A DNA stretch of 64,000 nt from a virus, in IMG/VR virus record IMGVR_UViG_3300039008_000243, positions 1 to 64,000 of that record; one strand, written 5' to 3'. How positions within the stretch are numbered: the first letter of the stretch is position 1; each line of letters starts with the position of its first letter. A program made the position numbers and the translations under genes. The notes under the pieces are model-generated. The model was given only the letters and a program-made list of their open reading frames with translations. It made no database searches and was not told where the DNA came from. Positions 1 through 7,543 of this stretch are shown here, piece after piece.

Positions 1-9
1 AATGAACTA

Positions 10-36
10 CCCCATCTTACTTCGTTGAAGATGGGG
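10..36 (-). other. Perfect 9-bp hairpin overlapping the tnpB stop codon. Candidate IS subterminal hairpin or 3' part of the omega/reRNA scaffold
   Basis: ccccatctt (10-18) pairs with aagatgggg (28-36) around a 9-nt loop. In IS200/IS605 elements the tnpB 3' end and downstream end encode the guide RNA scaffold. Any guide would lie outside the window. Confidence 0.4.
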
Positions 37-1396
37 TTTCTACATCCCCATCAGTAAGTTGAGATTTTTGACGTTTCACGCGACCTAGTTGCTTCATACT
101 TCCAGCATTCTTGCGTTTACTGGTGCTTGAAGTAGAGCTAGAATCATCTACGTCTAAGAGGCTAGTTCCTAACCCCTGTAGATTGTTGAAATACCAAAGC
201 AACATTACTTCTGCGGCTGCGATATCACGCTGTTGAGTATATCCGCAGTTGTTACAAACGTGAGTTCTTTGGTCTAAACTTTTCTTTTCTTGATGTCCAC
301 ATTTAGGACAAGTTTGTGATGGTTTAACCTTACAAGTAGGAACCTCAGCAAAAAAACCGCCAATGTCTGATAATTTAGCTTTTAGAGCATCTTTTATCAT
401 GCCCATACCAACATCAAGAATTGATTTATTTAGACCGGACTTTTGCTTTTTACGTCTACCTTCTTGACGCAGTTGTTCATGGGGGAAACCCCCAAGACCA
501 CACTGCGTCGCTTTTTTTGCTTTGGCACTCATGTTTTTGACTTCTAGTTTTTCAGTTACTACCGTGCTGTTACCGCGAATTATCCGTGTAGTTTCCTGGT
601 GAACAAAATTCTGTCGTTGGTTAGAAACTTTACGATTCAACTTACCAACTAACTTTTGAGTTTTTTTCCACCTTCTAGAAGCTTTTATTTTCTTTTTGAA
701 ATTACCTGCGCGTTTACGACGTTTAGCTTTACCCAATTGTTGATTTCTTTTTTCTGCTTTCCTAAAAAATCTAGGAGCAGGAATTAACCCATTATCGTCT
801 CCGTTCGTCCAAGCAATAGCATCATTACAACCTAAATCAATTGCAACTGTTCCACCTTCAGATGGACGGCTATTCTTCAACAAAGTATCGTCAACTTCTA
901 AAATTATGGAAGCATACCATTCACCATTACGATGAACAACATCTAAAGCTTTAGGATGTCCCCAAAGTCTAACCTTTCCACGCATTTGAATTTGACCGAT
1001 TTTTGCTAATTCTAAATATCCATTATCACCAGTGCTATGAACTTTCCATCCAGTAAATGATGGATAAGTCCAACCTGAATAATGCTTGATTGATTTGAAT
1101 TTAGGATATGCCCCAAGTCCTTTGAAAAAGCGTTGAAAAGCAAAATCAACACGTTTCAAAGTTGCTTGTAATGTTTGGGAGTTACAAAGCTTGTATTCCG
1201 TCCAAACTTCTTTGAAATCTGGCAAACAGTTCTGTTGCTCAAAGTAAGATACGGATTTACCAAACTTTTTGTAAGAAGTAATCCTGTTAGATACTGCGGC
1301 GTTATATAGGTCTTTATGCAGCTTCCGGTGATAATGTAATTCTGCATTCACTTTCTTAGTTGGATATAGCTTGAAAGTCCCTCTACGTAACGCCAT
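17..1396 (-). CDS. tnpB: TnpB (OrfB_IS605) RNA-guided nuclease-like transposon protein
   Basis: 459 aa. RuvC-like triad contexts AIDLG, TEKLEV and RDIAAA are present, with a CPKCG...CNNCG zinc finger between them and a basic linker (KRRKRAGNFKKK). Full length and apparently intact. Confidence 0.9.
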   Translation of the reverse strand: MALRRGTFKLYPTKKVNAELHYHRKLHKDLYNAAVSNRITSYKKFGKSVSYFEQQNCLPDFKEVWTEYKLCNSQTLQATLKRVDFAFQRFFKGLGAYPKFKSIKHYSGWTYPSFTGWKVHSTGDNGYLELAKIGQIQMRGKVRLWGHPKALDVVHRNGEWYASIILEVDDTLLKNSRPSEGGTVAIDLGCNDAIAWTNGDDNGLIPAPRFFRKAEKRNQQLGKAKRRKRAGNFKKKIKASRRWKKTQKLVGKLNRKVSNQRQNFVHQETTRIIRGNSTVVTEKLEVKNMSAKAKKATQCGLGGFPHEQLRQEGRRKKQKSGLNKSILDVGMGMIKDALKAKLSDIGGFFAEVPTCKVKPSQTCPKCGHQEKKSLDQRTHVCNNCGYTQQRDIAAAEVMLLWYFNNLQGLGTSLLDVDDSSSTSSTSKRKNAGSMKQLGRVKRQKSQLTDGDVETPSSTK

Positions 1397-1463
1397 CAGT
1401 AATCACCTCCTTTTCAGTTGCTTAACTTATGTTATACTAGCACTGCACAATTCAGGTGTCAAC

Positions 1464-1886
1464 ATGAAAACTCAGCTAAGGAAAGGTGCTCATGCTGTTT
1501 TTAAGATTCAGTTTCACATAGTTTTTGTGACCAAATATAGAAAAAACGTTATCAATCAAACAATTCTCACTAAATTACAGGAAGTATTTAGTCGTGTTTG
1601 CGAAAAAAGAAAATGCGAATTGTTGGAATTTAATGGGGAAGAAAATCACGTACATTTATTGGTAGACGTTCACCCCGACAACAATACTTCGCAGTTGATT
1701 AGTTCCCTCAAATCAGCATCAAGTAGAATTATTAGGAGAGAATTTCAGGATTACCTAAAACAGTTCTACTGGAAGAAAGAAGACCCAAGTTTTTGGACTG
1801 ATGCATACTGCGTTATTTCTGCTGGTGGTGCGCCACTAGAAATAGTGAAAGAATATATAAAATCTCAAGAAACGCCTAAAACATAA
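1464..1886 (+). CDS. tnpA: IS200/IS605 family Y1 (HUH) transposase TnpA
   Basis: ATG at 1464 inside track ORF 1371..1886. HUH motif (HVHLLV) and a C-terminal Tyr region (AYCVISAGGAPLEIVKEYI) are present; about 140 aa, typical for TnpA. Confidence 0.9.
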   Translation: MKTQLRKGAHAVFKIQFHIVFVTKYRKNVINQTILTKLQEVFSRVCEKRKCELLEFNGEENHVHLLVDVHPDNNTSQLISSLKSASSRIIRREFQDYLKQFYWKKEDPSFWTDAYCVISAGGAPLEIVKEYIKSQETPKT

Positions 1887-1972
1887 TGTTGCCAAAAACT
1901 CAACTATCCTCAAAACTCTTTCACCTGTGGTGAAAAACATTTTAAGGACGTTTCGTTTTTGACTCGCTTACA

Positions 1973-1997
1973 TCCCCAGGCTGTAGAGCCGTGGGGA
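1973..1997. other. Imperfect subterminal hairpin of the IS (tnpA-side end)
   Basis: tccccaggc / gccgtgggga with one bulged G and a 6-nt loop, about 90 nt after the tnpA stop. This is the kind of imperfect palindrome bound by TnpA. Confidence 0.5.
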
Positions 1998-1998
1998 A

Positions 1999-2115
1999 TT
2001 ACGCGAAATTAGTTAAAGCCCTGATAATAGAAGTTGCACTCACAACTGGTTCGCCATTAGATGCTTTATAAAAATCTAATGGGGTATCCTCAAAATCAAA
2101 TTTAGCTAAAAACAT
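1999..2115 (-). pseudogene. N-terminal 38-codon remnant of a Bro-N/antirepressor-like gene truncated by the IS insertion
   Basis: Manual translation gives MFLAKFDFEDTPLDFYKASNGEPVVSATSIIRALTNFA*. This follows the Bro-N pattern F-x-F-x(n)-dGEP-x-x-x-a-x-x-i-x-x-aL. The frame runs into the IS hairpin and stops at 1999-2001. Confidence 0.45.
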
Positions 2116-2126
2116 TATTAGCAAAG

Positions 2127-2171
2127 CAATATTGTCTACCCAATATTGCTAGCACATTCATGACAATATTG
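2127..2171. promoter_or_regulatory. Three copies of the 8-bp palindrome CAATATTG upstream of the truncated Bro-N-like gene (operator-like array)
   Basis: CAATATTG at 2127-2134, 2141-2148 and 2164-2171, directly 5' of the remnant start codon at 2115 on the minus strand. Confidence 0.35.
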
Positions 2172-2285
2172 CAAAGGAAAGATTGATATAATTTAAATTC
2201 AATAAGCATTTTTACTCATCCTAACAAAACACCCTTTGGCTCTAATTTGACCAGGGGAGGCTTTTTATTGAGGCTCTAGGGGGAA

Positions 2286-2894
2286 TTAATTAAGGGGTCT
2301 TAAGCGTTTTTCTTGGCGCTTTAGACACTCTTCCCGACCCTTTTTAAGCTCAATTAACCAACATATATGTCTTAGGGTTTCTTCATCAGGAAATTCCCCT
2401 TCGCCATGCCAATCTACCCACGGATTTCTGGGATCTCTGGAATAGGCTTTGATTTTCTTTGGGGGTTCCTTCTTATTGGCTGGTTTAAGGGCTTGAACCT
2501 CCTCCCTGAGAGCTTTTAGCTGGTCTGTGATGTCTGAAGCAGTTAAATGTGTTTCTCCCGTTTCGACCAGGGTTCGGATATGTATGTTGCACCAAACCCC
2601 AAATTTAGGAGATAGCCATCTCGCTATCTCAATTGCTACTAAAGGATGCCCCCAAGTACTGGCATCACCCCCAATATTATTAGTGGTTGAAACAACCAAT
2701 CCATCAGGGGGGATAATAATCCCCCCCTGCTCTGTAAGGGTTTCAGCCAACGCTTTTAAATAGTCTTTTGACTGTGTAGTTTTTAACCAATCTTTTAATT
2801 TCTTTCCGTGAGTTCTACAAAGAGATCCAAGATTCACATACTGATCTGAATCGCGTTGTTCAACTGTTTGACCCTCATATGTTAAAATTGTCAT
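2286..2894 (-). CDS. KilA-N domain protein
   Basis: N-terminal pattern YVNLGSLCRTHGKKLKDWL...STWGHPLVAIEIARWLSPKFGVWCNIHI is typical of a KilA-N DNA-binding domain, followed by a charged C-terminal half. Confidence 0.7.
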   Translation of the reverse strand: MTILTYEGQTVEQRDSDQYVNLGSLCRTHGKKLKDWLKTTQSKDYLKALAETLTEQGGIIIPPDGLVVSTTNNIGGDASTWGHPLVAIEIARWLSPKFGVWCNIHIRTLVETGETHLTASDITDQLKALREEVQALKPANKKEPPKKIKAYSRDPRNPWVDWHGEGEFPDEETLRHICWLIELKKGREECLKRQEKRLRPLN

Positions 2895-3453
2895 GATTAT
2901 TAGCCTAATCCTACTAGGTGAACGTCTGGTAGCTGATAAGAGCCAAGTTATGAGCTTGGCTGCTACTCAATTCATTCTAACAAAAATCCCCCTTTGGCTC
3001 TAATTTGACCAGGGGGATTTTTCTTTTCTGTAATTCCAATATACCCACAAACATCCCTTTAGAGGCATCTGTGAGCCTCATGAAAGCTTTTCACCCTACT
3101 CCCATGCCCTATTCGATGGTTTGCCCAAACAAGAGCCTTTAAAGAGCCAAATAAGAGCCTCATGAAAATCCCCTGTAGCCTAACAAGTTTTCATAAGTAT
3201 TTGTACTCACTAAGAGGGATGTAACAGGAGCCGCCTTAGCGACAACCTGAAAAAGCTTTTATTTAATTACGTAGTTAATTCCTGTGTCCGCTCAATAATC
3301 CCCTGTGTGCAAAATATATGACCAGGGTACTTAGAACTTTTGGAAATTTTTCTAAATATCATAAAAGCTTTTAAAAGTCAATCCCCATTCTGTATCATAA
3401 CCTGATACATTTAGCCGCTTCTTAGTGACTGGATTTTGCTGTTTTAATCAATT

Positions 3454-3822
3454 TAGTGACTTTTTAGTGAGAATTTTAAGCCATTTTAAGCCCTCAAAAG
3501 CAGTCTGTGACCAGGGTTTGGAATTTTTTAGTGAAAAAACGGTTTTCACACATGAAAAAAGTTGAAGAAATCGGACAATACGGAATATACCATAGATATA
3601 TATCTATGTATATATCATATATAATAAATATATATATATATACTTATATAATTTCTATTTCCTTCTATACTTACCTCTTACTTAGAATCTTCTCTTTCAA
3701 ATCCGTAAAATGGGCTTTTTTGGTAAAAAGGCTTTGTTCAAATTTGCAAACCCTGGTCAGGTCTACTTTTGAGGCTATTTTAGGGGTCTTCAAGTGGCTT
3801 AAAATTCTCACTAAAAAGTCAA
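3454..3822. repeat. Long imperfect inverted repeat (arms about 3454-3520 and 3748-3822) flanking about 230 bp of (TA)-rich DNA. Origin-like or partition-site-like structure, copy 1
   Basis: There is a perfect 26-bp arm core, tgactttttagtgagaattttaagcc (3457-3482), versus its reverse complement (3796-3821). An inner 13-bp pair tgaccagggtttg / caaaccctggtca lies at 3508-3520 and 3748-3760. An 18-bp palindrome catagatatatatctatg sits at 3591-3608, with runs of atatatatat. TAGTGA boxes occur at about 3423, 3454, 3465 and 3528. The arms are about 28/30 identical to those of the 31.6-kb locus. Confidence 0.6.
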
Positions 3823-4079
3823 TAAATTCGTTAAAATTATGGGTAAATACGTAGAGTTTTTTAGGTTTTTTTAGAAAAATATACCAAATTTTTTTAAGCA
3901 ATATTACTTGTAAGTATGCTACAAGACTTAAAGAGCTTTAATGAGCTTTTATTTAGGCTGTTAAAAGGCTCTTATTAGCTGTTTAATAGCTTGATAATAA
4001 TTATTTAACTAATTTTAGGTTCTCACGCGCGCGACCTTTTTGAATTACGTAGTTAATTAGATAAACTTATATAAGGCTA

Positions 4080-4108
4080 TTGACAGAATCTTGTTTTTGT
4101 TGTATTAT
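4080..4108 (+). promoter_or_regulatory. Sigma70-type promoter for the RHH gene
   Basis: TTGACA (4080-4085), 17-bp spacer, TATTAT (4103-4108). The AATTACGTAGTTAATT site lies just upstream at 4043-4058. Confidence 0.6.
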
Positions 4109-4156
4109 GTACTTAATGAATTTTTTACGTGAGAGCTTTTTTAAAGTTTTATAAAA

Positions 4157-4381
4157 ATGCCCAAAAACACCCAAGAATTAGAACAGCAACCCAAAGCAAA
4201 GCCAGGGAAAAAACCTTTTACTGATCGCAGCCTAATTAAGACCTCTGTGTCAGTCGCTTTATCCCCTGCTATCAGAGAAAAATTAGACGAGTTGGCATTA
4301 TTAGATAATTGTTCTCGTTCTCAAATAATCACAAATATTATCGAAAACTTTTTTGAAAAACGTAGCAACACCGGTCGATAA
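4157..4381 (+). CDS. Ribbon-helix-helix (CopG/Arc/MetJ-like) DNA-binding protein
   Basis: 74 aa. A basic N-terminal tail is followed by beta-strand TSVSVALSP, helix AIREKLDELALLDN and helix CSRSQIITNIIENFF. Confidence 0.65.
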   Translation: MPKNTQELEQQPKAKPGKKPFTDRSLIKTSVSVALSPAIREKLDELALLDNCSRSQIITNIIENFFEKRSNTGR

Positions 4382-4445
4382 TTTTTTGTGTTATACTTAA
4401 AGCAACTAAAAATTATTTGAAATTTTTATTTGAAATTTTTTAAAA

Positions 4446-4829
4446 ATGGCTACAAAAGATTTTCAAAGGCGTGAGGCAGATTTTGTACAGACAGAAGCAG
4501 TGACTGTTACTTGGCAAGCAAATGAAGTAGGTACTGATTTATGGCTAGATGCTACAACCACTATTGCAACAGTAGATTACACCCTGGTCAGGTATGTTAT
4601 TCCTTTGGCAGTATCTAATCAGGAATTGTTGCCTGATGGTAACTACACTCAGGCATACCAGACTGGAGGAGTTTCTGTTTATGTTTTTGATGGTACAGAG
4701 ACTGCTTATGCAGCCGGGACAGCTCCTACCTTATCTGAAGGCACAAAGCTTTCTGAAGCTCCATCATCCTCTAAAACTTTGTTTGATATCGATGCTTACC
4801 TTTTAGCTAGGGGTGTTGCCAGAAGTTAA
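4446..4829 (+). CDS. Hypothetical protein (early cassette)
   Basis: 127-aa ORF with non-junk composition, followed by a strong terminator at 4868-4912. Confidence 0.55.
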   Translation: MATKDFQRREADFVQTEAVTVTWQANEVGTDLWLDATTTIATVDYTLVRYVIPLAVSNQELLPDGNYTQAYQTGGVSVYVFDGTETAYAAGTAPTLSEGTKLSEAPSSSKTLFDIDAYLLARGVARS

Positions 4830-4867
4830 TCCCCTGGTCTCTTAAGCTTTTTTGTAGATTAATTTGA

Positions 4868-4912
4868 GCTTACAAAACTGTTCTAAAGGTTTTGTAAGCT
4901 TTTTGGTTTTTT
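4868..4912 (+). terminator. Rho-independent terminator
   Basis: 11-bp stem gcttacaaaac / gttttgtaagc, 10-nt loop, then tttttggtttttt. Confidence 0.75.
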
Positions 4913-4949
4913 ATAAGAATATTGGGTGAAAACTTTTTTTGGAAATCTA

Positions 4950-5015
4950 TTGACAATTAATTAACTAGTTAATAAGATAGGTACATAAGATAAAAAACAA
5001 ACAGGGAATACTAAA
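4950..5015 (+). promoter_or_regulatory. Early promoter-operator-leader cassette P1
   Basis: TTGACA 4950-4955, 17-bp spacer containing the palindrome ATTAACTAGTTAAT (4960-4973), TAAGAT 4973-4978. The conserved leader is gtacataagataaaaaacaaacagggaatactaaaATG. Confidence 0.75.
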
Positions 5016-5462
5016 ATGACTTTAGATTTTAATTCAATCGGCTGTAATGATTTTAAACATGAAGAGTTTGGTAGATTACAAGTTGTAGGCTCTTGTGATT
5101 GGGTAACTGAATGCCAAAATTGTGGCAGAAAAAATCTTAAAAAGGCAATTGTAATGCAGGATTCCGAGGGTAATTATAGTTTTTATGGTTCTGAGTGCGC
5201 CCATGAAGCTTCTAAAGCTTATTCTAGAGGGCAAAGAGGACCAAAAAACTTTAAATCTTATCAATTTACTTTGAAAGGGCGTACTATTCGTATTACCCGT
5301 CATGCAAATGCTGAGAGAAAAACTCCCGATGGATGGGTATTTCAACCTATCGGAGGTTTGTGCAATCTTTTAGATGATACAAAAGACCAATGGAAAGATA
5401 TTCCAAACATTAATGAAATTTTAGCTATTCTTGAAGAGTACGCGGGTTATCAAAGTTTTTAA
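5016..5462 (+). CDS. Hypothetical protein with CxxC...C-x-H zinc-ribbon-like motif
   Basis: 148 aa containing CQNCGRKN...YGSECAH. It has its own promoter cassette. Confidence 0.55.
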   Translation: MTLDFNSIGCNDFKHEEFGRLQVVGSCDWVTECQNCGRKNLKKAIVMQDSEGNYSFYGSECAHEASKAYSRGQRGPKNFKSYQFTLKGRTIRITRHANAERKTPDGWVFQPIGGLCNLLDDTKDQWKDIPNINEILAILEEYAGYQSF

Positions 5463-5517
5463 TCTCTGCCCTCTATTTTTGAATAGGGGGCATTTGTTCT
5501 TCATTCTCTTTTTCATA

Positions 5518-5700
5518 ATGTCTCAAATAGTTATTGATGAGTTTTTTGCTGGTTATGGTACAGGTAGATATGGTAATGTAGTACCTTTAGAAGCTAGTTG
5601 TCAAGGTTGTTCTAGTTTACAAGGGTGGTATACTTTGGAGCTTCCTAACAAACCTCTTAAAAGGCTTTGTAGAACTTGTATCAAAAAACAGACAGGGTAG
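5518..5700 (+). CDS. Small zinc-ribbon protein (60 aa)
   Basis: ATG at 5518 inside track ORF 5431..5700; contains CQGC...CRTC. The upstream part of the track ORF looks like junk. Confidence 0.4.
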   Translation: MSQIVIDEFFAGYGTGRYGNVVPLEASCQGCSSLQGWYTLELPNKPLKRLCRTCIKKQTG

Positions 5701-5765
5701 ATCCTTTAGGTAAAACAAAGCCTTTATACATAAACAAACCTGGTCAAATCTAAATATACTAAGAG

Positions 5766-5792
5766 TTCCAAGGAGACTTGGGATTTTTTTTT
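5766..5792 (+). terminator. Rho-independent terminator
   Basis: ttccaag-gaga-cttggga followed by T9. Same element as at 7433-7458. Confidence 0.7.
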
Positions 5793-5822
5793 AAATGTGT
5801 AAAAACTTTTTTTGGAAATCTA

Positions 5823-5887
5823 TTGACAATTAATTAACTAGTTAATAAGATAGGTACATAAGCAAAAAACAAACAGGGAATACTAAA
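5823..5887 (+). promoter_or_regulatory. Early promoter-operator-leader cassette P2
   Basis: TTGACA 5823-5828, palindrome ATTAACTAGTTAAT 5833-5846, TAAGAT 5846-5851. The leader is near identical to that of P1. Confidence 0.75.
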
Positions 5888-6340
5888 ATGACTTACTTAA
5901 CTATCTATGAAGCACCTGTAACACCATACTACACTTCTGAGACTAATTTTGAACAAATCGAATTACCTTTAGATGTGGATGCTTACTTCGACTCTTATGT
6001 CGAATCTCACCCCGAACAAACTCTGATTGGCGCCAAAAAGGCTCAGGAAGAGCCTTTAACAATCTCTTCCAAGGGTTTAGACCAGCCAGCAAGAGCTCTT
6101 GTTTTAGAGCTTGTGAGTAGCCTTACAAAGTCTTCCAGTAATCCTAAACACTATTATCTGGAACAGCCTCACTGTTATCCCCACAACAAGGTAATGAAGC
6201 TCTTCTGTACCTTACCTAAAACCCCTGGCAAAATCAAAATCACCTGGTCAATTAAAGCTCAAAGTACGGAGTTAATAATAGATTTCCGTCTAGGTGGCTT
6301 ATCTTTCAAAAGTGTCGAAATGGTTGTTACACCTTTTTAA
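5888..6340 (+). CDS. Hypothetical protein (early cassette)
   Basis: 150-aa ORF directly behind P2. Confidence 0.55.
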   Translation: MTYLTIYEAPVTPYYTSETNFEQIELPLDVDAYFDSYVESHPEQTLIGAKKAQEEPLTISSKGLDQPARALVLELVSSLTKSSSNPKHYYLEQPHCYPHNKVMKLFCTLPKTPGKIKITWSIKAQSTELIIDFRLGGLSFKSVEMVVTPF

Positions 6341-6422
6341 TGCAGACATCTAATCTTTAATAAATAGTTTAATTCCTGACATACACACTTTAATGCAGAC
6401 ATTTAATATCCATTGCAGACAT
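6341..6422 (+). promoter_or_regulatory. Triple direct repeat TGCAGACAT in the 95-bp gap before the next gene
   Basis: TGCAGACAT at 6341-6349, 6394-6402 and 6414-6422. Two copies sit in the longer context ttaatgcagacatYtaat. Confidence 0.4.
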
Positions 6423-6435
6423 ATAGGTAGTACAA

Positions 6436-6651
6436 ATGAACTATTATCAAAATCTCCGTCTAAGAATTAATAATATGCAGGTAGCTACAATGCTTGTCAG
6501 ACGTTTAACTGAAGCTAGTTGCAATACTTACGATGAGATTTGGGATCTATTTAATCTGATTTGTGAGAATCAGCAAGAAGAAGATACAAGAGTTTTAGAA
6601 TCAGAGTTATATGATCTTTTAGCTGCTGATCTAGCTTCTTGTTTGGGTTAA
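6436..6651 (+). CDS. Hypothetical acidic 71-aa protein
   Basis: ORF followed by the terminator at 6703-6735. Confidence 0.45.
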   Translation: MNYYQNLRLRINNMQVATMLVRRLTEASCNTYDEIWDLFNLICENQQEEDTRVLESELYDLLAADLASCLG

Positions 6652-6702
6652 TCCTAACTATTTGTATCAAAATTACACTAATAATAATTTAAAAATTTTT
6701 AT

Positions 6703-6735
6703 AAAAGCCTTCTAAATGTCTAGAAGGCTTTTGTT
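6703..6735 (+). terminator. Rho-independent terminator
   Basis: 12-bp stem aaaagccttcta / tagaaggctttt, 6-nt loop, T-rich tail. Confidence 0.7.
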
Positions 6736-6765
6736 ATTCTTATTAAGTAGTTAATCTATTGTTTT

Positions 6766-7398
6766 ATGAGAACTTTTGAGTATCAAGGTAAATCTTTTTC
6801 CCAACGAGATGAAGATGGCTTTTTTAACGCTAATGAGATGTGTGAAATTTTTGGGGAATTTTTAGATGATATTTTTAACCAAGACTTCATTTGTGGGTAT
6901 TTACATTCCTTAAAGTCTAAAGTCTTGTTTACGTATTCTCCTTATGATTCATTAACTTGTTGGGTACACCCTCGTTTAGCTCTTAGGATAGCCCAGGGAC
7001 TTTCTGATGAGTTTGCTATTTGGTTTGAGGATGAAGTACTAAATCTTTGGCAAAAGTCTCAGAAAAATTCTTTAGATGTTCATATGAAAGATATTAAAGT
7101 GTCCCTAGATGAGATTAAAAAAACTTTAGAGAGTTTTCCTGAACGGAAGTTGACCAGGGATGAAAAGTATGCTTTCAAAGCTGTTACAAATAAGATTTTT
7201 GAATATATAAAAACGAGTAGTGATGGTTTTGTTAGTATAACTTTCTTGCAACAAACCTCTTTAAACAAGAAACAGTGCCTTTTGAAGTATTTTAATATTA
7301 ATTCTATGCGAGTAGAACATTGGAAAGCCTTTGGGGGGATTGTGTCTGATCTAGGGTGGCTTAACTTTGACCAAGGGAAAGGTGTTTTCACAGCTTAA
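6766..7398 (+). CDS. KilA-N domain protein (second copy)
   Basis: FNANEMCEIFGE...CWVHPRLALRIAQGLSDEFAIWFEDEV parallels the 2286..2894 protein. Confidence 0.65.
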   Translation: MRTFEYQGKSFSQRDEDGFFNANEMCEIFGEFLDDIFNQDFICGYLHSLKSKVLFTYSPYDSLTCWVHPRLALRIAQGLSDEFAIWFEDEVLNLWQKSQKNSLDVHMKDIKVSLDEIKKTLESFPERKLTRDEKYAFKAVTNKIFEYIKTSSDGFVSITFLQQTSLNKKQCLLKYFNINSMRVEHWKAFGGIVSDLGWLNFDQGKGVFTA

Positions 7399-7432
7399 TC
7401 CCCCCCCTGGTCAAATCTAGATATACAAAGAG

Positions 7433-7458
7433 TTCCAAGGAGACTTGGGATTTTTTTT
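7433..7458 (+). terminator. Rho-independent terminator
   Basis: ttccaag-gaga-cttggga followed by T8. Confidence 0.7.
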
Positions 7459-7478
7459 GTAAATGTATAAAAAATCTA

Positions 7479-7543
7479 TTGACAATTAATTAACTAGTTA
7501 ATAGAATAAGTACATAAGACAAAAACAAACAGGAAATACGGAA
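7479..7543 (+). promoter_or_regulatory. Early promoter-operator-leader cassette P3
   Basis: TTGACA 7479-7484, palindrome 7489-7502, TAGAAT 7502-7507, conserved leader gtacataagacaaaaacaaacaggaaatacggaaATG. Confidence 0.75.

Larger units (their letters stand above)
1..2001 (-). mobile_element. IS200/IS605-family insertion sequence (IS605-like divergent tnpA/tnpB). The tnpB-side end lies at or just beyond the left window edge
   Basis: Y1 HUH transposase and TnpB lie back to back. Imperfect subterminal hairpins occur at 10-36 and 1973-1997. G+C is visibly higher than in the rest of the window. The GACCAGG heptamer that litters the rest of the window is absent. A flanking 38-codon gene remnant terminates at 1999-2001. 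Confidence 0.8.

Noticed and set aside
1156-1347. Track ORF 1156..1347 (-) and the N-terminal 31 codons of ORF 1371..1886
   Set aside because: The first is out of frame inside tnpB. The second is an upstream extension overlapping the tnpB start, whereas TnpA homology begins at the Met at 1464.
3507-3901. Track ORFs 3507..3854 (+) and 3671..3901 (-)
   Set aside because: They lie inside the inverted-repeat/(TA)n structure. Their translations are low-complexity (YISMYISYIINIYIYTYIISISFY...), they overlap each other antisense, and one starts with a GTG inside a GACCAGG copy. They are most likely non-coding.
1887-4156. tRNA, tmRNA or integrase/attachment site in the non-coding stretches
   Set aside because: No cloverleaf-compatible sequence (T-loop GGTTCGAATCC-like with matching acceptor stem) and no tyrosine or serine recombinase ORF was found by eye anywhere in the window. 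Lysogeny or integration therefore cannot be claimed.
4413-4440. Direct repeat atttgaaattttt x2 upstream of the gene at 4446
   Set aside because: It is a very short, AT-only tandem duplication in an AT-rich spacer with no further copies noticed, so it is probably slippage rather than a functional site.
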